From: Gammaproteobacteria bacterium
GTDB taxonomy: Bacteria > Pseudomonadota > Gammaproteobacteria > Eutrophobiales > Eutrophobiaceae
DNA: 64,000 nucleotides
Direction: 5' to 3'
Assembly: GCA_965238225.1 (NCBI GenBank)
Contig: OZ250183.1
Span: 1,120,001 to 1,184,000 of the forward strand
The notes beneath the pieces are model-generated. The model saw only the letters and a program-made list of their open reading frames with translations, had not been told where the DNA came from and made no database searches. The translations under genes were made by a program, and so were the position numbers. Of the stretch, positions 57,001 to 64,000 are shown piece by piece. Within the stretch, counting starts at the first letter, position 1, and each line of letters begins with the position of its first letter.

Positions 57001-60000
57001 AATATTCTAGCACCATAAGCAAACTCAATTCGGTCTAATTGGTAATCATCCCTTAGGAAGTGATCGTAAATCTTTATAGTTTCTGTTGTGTTATTAGCGC
57101 CACTTACTTGTAATAGAAGATGATTATCTACGCGAGTTGTTTGAACATCTGTGGTAGCAATACCTACTCCAAATTGCAAGGTATCTGTGCCGTTGCTTGT
57201 ATCAAGGTTATAAATGATTGTATCGCCGTCGCCTTTGGCAAACAGATAAGTATCGTTACCGTTACCTCCAACTAGGGAATCTCCTATACCGGCACCCCCG
57301 CTTAAGATATCGTTACCAGCACCTCCATACAAGGTATCGTTGCCGTCACCTCCGTACAGTTTATCTATACCTGCACCGCCAACTAAGGTATCGTTGCCAG
57401 CATCTCCGTATAGATAATCACGACCTTCATTTCCATACAAGGTATCGTCGCCAGCACCTCCGTACAGCTTATCGTTACCGTCACCACCATTTAAGGTATC
57501 GTTGCCAGCACCTCCGTACAAGGTATCGTTACCAGCACCTCCGTACAAGGTATCGTTACCGTTGTCTCCGTTCAAATAATCACGACCTTCATTTCCATAC
57601 AAGGTGTCGTTGCCGTCATATCCATTCAAGGTATCGTCGCCAGCACCTCCGTACAGCTTATCGTTACCGTAATTTCCATTTAACCGATCATTATTACCAC
57701 TACCACCATTGAGAACGTTATCCGTATCGTCGCCTATCAATAATCTAGTACCGTCAGCAAACTCAACTTGGTCTAATTGGTAATCATCCCTTAGGAAGTG
57801 ATCGTAAATCCTTATAGTTTCTGTTGTGTTATTAGCGCCACTTACTTGTAATATAAGATGATTATCTACGCGAGCTGTTTGAACATCTGTGGTAGCAATA
57901 CCTGCTCCAAATTGCAGGGTATCTGTGCTGTTGCTTGTATCAAAGTTATAAATGGTTGTATCACCGTCGCCTTTGGAAAACAGATAAGTATCGTTACCGT
58001 TACCTCCAACTAGGGAATCTCCTATACCGGCACCCCCGCTTAAAGTATCGTTACCAGCACCTCCGTACAAGGTATCGTTGCCGTCACCTCCAAACAAGTA
58101 ATCGTCGCCAGCACCTCCATGCAAGGAGTCGTCACCACCAAGACCTTCTATTCGATCATTACCACTACCACCATTGAGAGTGTTGTCCGTATCATCGCCT
58201 ATCAATAATCTAGCACCATCAGCAAACTCAACTTGGTCTAATCGGTTATCATCACTTAGGAAGTGATCTAGAATCGTTATAGTTTCTGTTGTGTTATTAG
58301 CACCACTTACTTGTAATAGAAGATTATTATCTACACGAGTTGTTTGAACATCTGTGGTAGCAATGCCTTGTCCAAGTTGCAAAGTATCCGTGCTGTTGCT
58401 TGTGTCAAGGTTATAAATAGTTGTATCACCGTCACCTTTGGAAAACAGATAAGTATCGTTACCCTTACCTCCAATCAGCCAATCTCCTGCACCTGCATCG
58501 CCGCTTAAGGTATCGTTGCCGTCATTACCGTACAGGGTATCTCTACCGTCACCGCCGCTTAAGGTATCGTTGCCGTCTTGTCCATACAGGACATCATTAC
58601 CGTTATCTCCAGACAAGGTATCCGTACCGGAACCGCCTCTTAAGAAATCGTCACCGTCACCGCCATACAAGGTATCGTTACCGTTGCCTCCGTACAGCTT
58701 ATCGTCACCAGTAAGACCTTCTATTCGATCATTGCCATTACCACCATTGAGAGTGTTATTGTTCTCATCGCCTACAAATAATAAGGCAGCGTCTATCTGT
58801 GTTGCTGTCCATACAGTACCGTCAGCAAACTCAATTTGGTCTAATTGGTGAAAATCATTCCAGAAGTGATCGTAAATCCTTATGGTTTCTGTTGTGTTAT
58901 TAGCGCTACTTACTTGTAATAGAAGATGATTATCTACGCGAGTTGTTTGAACATCCGTGGTAGCAATGCCTTGTCCAAGTTGCAAAGTATCCGTGCTGTT
59001 GCTTGTATCAAGGTTGTAAATGGTTGTATCACCGTCACCCAAAGAAAACAGATAAGTATCGTTACCGCTACCTCCGTGCAGGGTATCGTCACCAGCACTT
59101 CCCCACAAGTAATCGTCACCACTACCTCCGTGCAGGGTATCGTTGCCGTCACCTCCGTACAGGGTATCGTTACCGCTACCTCCCCACAAGATATCGTTAC
59201 CAGCAAGACCTTCCAGCAGATCATTACCATCACCACCATTGAGAATGTCATCGTTCTCAGAACCTCTTAACGAGGTTGTTGGCAATGTCCATACAGTACC
59301 GTCAGCAAACTCAACTTGGTCTAATCGGTAATCATCCCTAAAGTGATCGTAAATCGTTATAGTTTCTGTTGTGTTATTAGTGCTACTTACTTGTAATAGA
59401 AGATGATTATCTGTGCGAGTTGTTTGAACATCTGTGGTAGCAATGCCTTGTCCAAGTTGCAAGGTATCCGTGCTGTTGCTTGTATCAAGGTTATGAATGG
59501 TTGTATTGCCATCACCCAAAGAAAACAGATAAGTATCGTTACCGCTACCTCCAGTCAGGTAATCTTCTGTACCTGTGCCGCCGCTTAAGACATCGTCACC
59601 GTCACCTCCAAACAAGGTATCCGTACCAGAACCTCCGTACAGGGTATCGTTACCATTATCGCCATTTAAGATATCGTTGCCGGTATCCCCGCTTAAGGTG
59701 TCGTTATCGGCACCTCCGTACAGGGTATCGTTATCAGCACCTCCGTACAGGGTATCGTTACCGTTTTGTCCATACAATCTATCGTTACCACCGAGACCTT
59801 CTAATCGATCATTACCATCGCCACCATTGAGAGTGTTGTCCGTATCGTCGCCTATCAGTAATCTAGCACCATCAGCAAACTCAATTTGGTCTAATCGGTA
59901 AGAATTACCTAGGAAGTGATCTTGAATCGTTATGGTTTCTGTTGTGTTATTAGCACCACTTACTTGTAATAGAAGATTATTATCTACACGAGTTGTTTGA

Positions 60001-62828
60001 ATATCTGTGGTAGCAATACCTTGTCCAAGTTGCAAGGTATCTGTGCTGTTGCTTGTATCGTAATTATGAATGCTTGTATCACCATCACCCAAAGAAAACA
60101 GATAAGTATCGTTACCGCTACCTCCAGACAGGGTATCATCACCAGCACTTCCCCATAAGGTATCGTTACCGCTACCGCCAGCCAGGGTATCGTTGCCGGC
60201 ACCTCCAAACAAGTAATCGTCACCAGCACCTCCCCACAAGATATCGTTACCAGCAAGACCTTCCAGCAGATCATTACCATTGCTACCATTGAGAATATCA
60301 TCGTTCTCAGAACCTCTTAACGAGTTTGTTGGCAATGTCCATACAGTACCGTCAGCAAACTCAACTTGGTCTAATTGGTAATCATCCCTTAGGAAGTGAT
60401 TATAAATCGTTATAGTTTCTGTTGTGTTATTAGGGCTATTTACTTGTAATATAAGATGATTATCTACACGAGCTGTTTGAACATCTGTGGTAGCAATGCC
60501 TTGTCCAAGTTGCAAAGTATCCGTGCTGTTGCTTGTATCAAGGTTATGAATGGTTGTATTGCCATCACCCAAAGAAAACAGATAAGTATCGTTACCGCTA
60601 CCTCCAGTCAGGTAATCTTCTGTACCTGTGCCGCCGCTTAAGACATCGTCACCGTCACCGCCGTATAGGGTATCGTTACCGCTACCGCCAGCCAAGGTAT
60701 CGTTACCGTTAAATCCGTATAGGGTATCGTTATCGGCACCTCCGTACAGGGTATCATTATCGGCACCTCCGTACAGGGTATCGTTGCCGTTTTGTCCGTA
60801 CAGCTTATCGTTACCGTCATTACCGTACAGGGTGTCGTTATCGTTACCACCGTATAGGGTATCTGTGCCACTACCGCCACTTAAGGTATCGTTGCCAGTC
60901 CAGCCGCCTAAGATATCGTTACCCGCACCGCCTTCAAGCACATCATCGCCGTTTTGTCCGTACAGCTTATCGTTGCCGTTACCGCCATTTAAGATATCGT
61001 TGCCGTTACCTCCATACAGTTTATCGTTACCGTCATTACCGTACAGGGTGTCGTTGCCGTTACCTCCATATCGTTGCCAGGCCGCCTAAGATATCGTTAC
61101 CCGCACCGCCTTCAAGCACATCATCGCCGTTTTGTCCGTACAGCTTATCGTTGCCGTTACCGGTATCGTTACCAGCAAGGCCTTTCAGTAGATCATTGCC
61201 ACTACCACCATTGAGAGTGTCATCGTTCTCAGTACCTTCTAACAAGTTTGTTGGCAATGCCCATACAGTACCGTCAGCAAACTCAATTTGGTCTAATCGG
61301 TAAGAATTACCTAGGAAGTGATCTTGAATCGTTATGGTTTCTGTTGTGTTATTAGCACCACTTACTTGTAATAGAAGATTATTATCTACACGAGTTGTTT
61401 GAATATCTGTGGTAGCAATACCTTGTCCAAGTTGCAAGGTATCTGTGCTGTTGCTTGTATCAAATTATGAATGGTTGTATCACCATCACCCAAAGAAAAC
61501 AGATAAGTATCGTTACCGCCACCTCCAGTCAGGTAATCTTCTGTACCTGTGCCGCCGCTTAAGACATCGTCACCGTCACCTCCAAACAAGGTATCCGTAC
61601 CAGAACCTCCGTACAGGGTATCGTTACCATTATCGCCATTTAAGATATCCCCACCTCCATACAGGGTATCGTTACCAGCAAGACCTTTCAGTAGATCATT
61701 GCCACTACCACCATTGAGAGTGTCATCGTTCTCAGTACCTTCTAACAAGTTTGTTGGCAATGTCCATACAGTACCGTCAGCAAACTCAATTTGGTCTAAT
61801 CGGTAATCATCCCTTAGGAAGTGATTATAAATCGTTATAGTTTCTGTTGTATTATTAGGGCTATTTACTTGTAATATAAGATGATTATCTACACGAGCTG
61901 TTTGAACATCTGTGGTAGCAATGCCTTGTCCAAGTTGCAAAGTATCCGTGCTGTTGCTTGTATCAAGGTTATGAATGGTTGTATTGCCATCACCCAAAGA
62001 AAACAGATAAGTATCGTTACCGTTACCGCCATACAAGGTATCCGTACCAGAACCACCGCTTAGTACATCATCACCGTTTTGTCCGTACAAGACATCGTCA
62101 CCGTTACCGCCATACAACCTATCGTTACCGTCTTGTCCATACAGGGTATCGTGACCGACACCGCCATACAACCTATCGTTACCCGTACCTCCCCATAAGA
62201 CATCGTTACCAGCACCTCCAAGCAAGGTATCGTCATCGTCATCGCCAACTAAGATGTCACGACCGTCACCTCCATTTAAGTAATCGTTACCGTTACCGCC
62301 GTATAGGGTATCGTTATTGTTACCGCCGTATAGGGTATCGTTATTGTTACCGCCATTTAAGGTATCGTTACCAGCACCTCCAAGCAAGGTATCCGTACCA
62401 GAACCACCGCTTAGTACATCATCACCGTTTTGTCCATACAGCTTATCGTTACCGTCATTACCGTACAGGGTGTCGTTATCGTTACCACCGTATAGGGTAT
62501 CTGTGCCATTACCGCCACTTAAGGTATCTGTGCCACTACCGCCGCTTAAGGTATCGTTGCCAGCAAGACCTTCCAGCAGATCATTACCATCACCACCATT
62601 TAAGATATCGTTGCCAGCACCTCCAAGCAAGTAATCGTCATCGTCACCGCCAACTAAGATGTCACGACCGTCACTTCCATGTAGGAAATCGTTACCGTTA
62701 CCGCCGTGCAGGGTATCGTTGCCGGCACCTCCAAACAAGTAATCGTCGCCAGCAAGACCTTTCAGTAGATCATTACCATCACCACCATTGATAGTGTTAT
62801 TGTTCTCATCGCCTATAAAATTAGCCAT
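54039..62828 (-). CDS. Giant RTX calcium-binding repeat protein (~2900 aa), split into three ORFs by frameshifts near 61462 and 61070-61081
   Basis: ATG at 62828 after GGAGG. GGxGxDxLx nonapeptide blocks alternate with 12 near-identical hemolysin-type Ca-binding-related modules (DTYLF...IEFADG). The C-terminus is type I secretion-like (DLWFSR...LVNAMAAY...W). Confidence 0.88.
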
Positions 62829-63462
62829 ACAATAACCTCCACAGTCATTCATTAAATTTACAAAAATTTATTTATTTTTATAAAAATAAAGGTATTTGGT
62901 GTTTAGTATACAAGGTGTTTAGTATATTTGTAAGGACAACAACCTAGCTTAACCCTTCAGAAGCTTTATTCTCTGGCATCAGTCATATAAGAAAGAGCCC
63001 CTAATTCACCCATAGTCAGCAATTATCGTAAAATGCGTACTACATTCAATATAGCCCGTATTATTCATCGCCTCAGTAGATTTGAGTGATGAAAACCCGA
63101 AAAGTTCTATATTATTTTTCCGGGTTATTTGCCCTGTATGACATAAGATCGACTCATAGGGTTATCGCATAAGCTTTATTGCTGGGGTTTTCCTGCTCAA
63201 AAATCCCAGTCAGTGGATTCCCATCGAATACTAATAAGCCGTATTTTATAAACTGTAATACTGGTCAAATTCCACTGGATGTGTAGCCATGCGCAGACGA
63301 CTGACCTCTTCAATAAAGAGGCATCAGGGATAATTAATGATAATAGTTAGATGTTTTGTTAAAGAACAGCGTGCAATTTAACAGAGATATTATGTAAGAT
63401 TTTTGATATTCAGGAGGTTTATCCTAATAAGCAAAGAACCTGAGCAAAGAGGCAAGACTGGT

Positions 63463-63552
63463 TGGCGGAGAGAGAGGGATTCGAACCCTCGGTATCTCGA
63501 AAGATACAGCAGATTTCGAGTCTGCCCCGTTCGACCACTCCGGCATCTCTCC
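63463..63552 (-). tRNA. tRNA-Ser(CGA)
   Basis: 90 nt, GGAGAGA acceptor stem, GCAGA-CTCGAAA-TCTGC anticodon arm, long variable arm, TTCGAAT, CCA. Confidence 0.96.
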
Positions 63553-64000
63553 TTACCAAACATCATAATGTTAAATATCGACTGAGGCTATCTGTGCGCA
63601 GCACTTTCTATTGCAACCTTTGCAAATCCTTAAGTCCCTGATAAATCCTGTGTATGTGGACTACATTAGATTTGATTTATTTAACGTACCAAGTCTTTGG
63701 TTTTTCTTCTTCTTCTTTTGAGTTTTTTATTTCTCTACTAAGCAATCTGCATGTTGAGCCATTTTTAATATATTTCTAAGCGAAACAACATCACTTTATA
63801 TTAATAATTAAAAAATCTATTTTTATCTGCCTAATTTTATTAAGTTTTTTAATATTTATAATGATATCTACAGTTTTTTCACGCCATGTAGCGATGTAAA
63901 TACATGATATTGTGGTTTACACAGTGCTTGACTACAGTCTATTGTGGTGTTATACGTTTTCTGGAATAGATGAATTAACTGCCTGATTGGCTCTTCTGGT

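Noticed and set aside
54407-62791. Plus-strand Tyr/Arg/His-rich and Pro/Ser-rich ORFs, and a CRISPR-like periodicity
   Set aside because: These are antisense shadows of 27-bp RTX codon repeats; there are no unique spacers and no cas genes
63090-63165. Two hairpins upstream of the RTX gene as a c-di-GMP riboswitch
   Set aside because: Stems are imperfect and the conserved riboswitch motifs are not recognisable
63580-64000. Possible gene upstream of tRNA-Ser
   Set aside because: Only short stop-interrupted frames with no recognisable family

Overview
AT-rich gammaproteobacterial chromosomal segment, judged from gene order and protein families. The backbone is housekeeping: crcB/rarA, feoAB, metA, lolA-ftsK-trxB, aat-ate-infA, comEC-exbBD-lpxK-kdsB, lolC/E-lolD, tsaB, yoaA, efp, parEC, a rubrerythrin cluster, xseB-ispA-folE2, mazG and serAB, plus tRNA-Thr(TGT) and tRNA-Ser(CGA). 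Accessory or decaying elements are: two integron-type attC sites without an integrase after trxB; an internally deleted IS30 with both inverted repeats upstream of comEC; a three-gene peptidoglycan-trimming cluster; a duplicated and frameshifted small-domain/HEPN(AbiU2-like) locus; a DpnII-like restriction system with only the DpnA-type methylase; and an ~8.8 kb all-repeat RTX gene broken by two frameshifts. Pseudogenes of rimO, LMW-PTP and moaB, and the absence of dxs from its usual site, suggest ongoing genome erosion. All calls come from reading the sequence and recalling family motifs; no searches were run.
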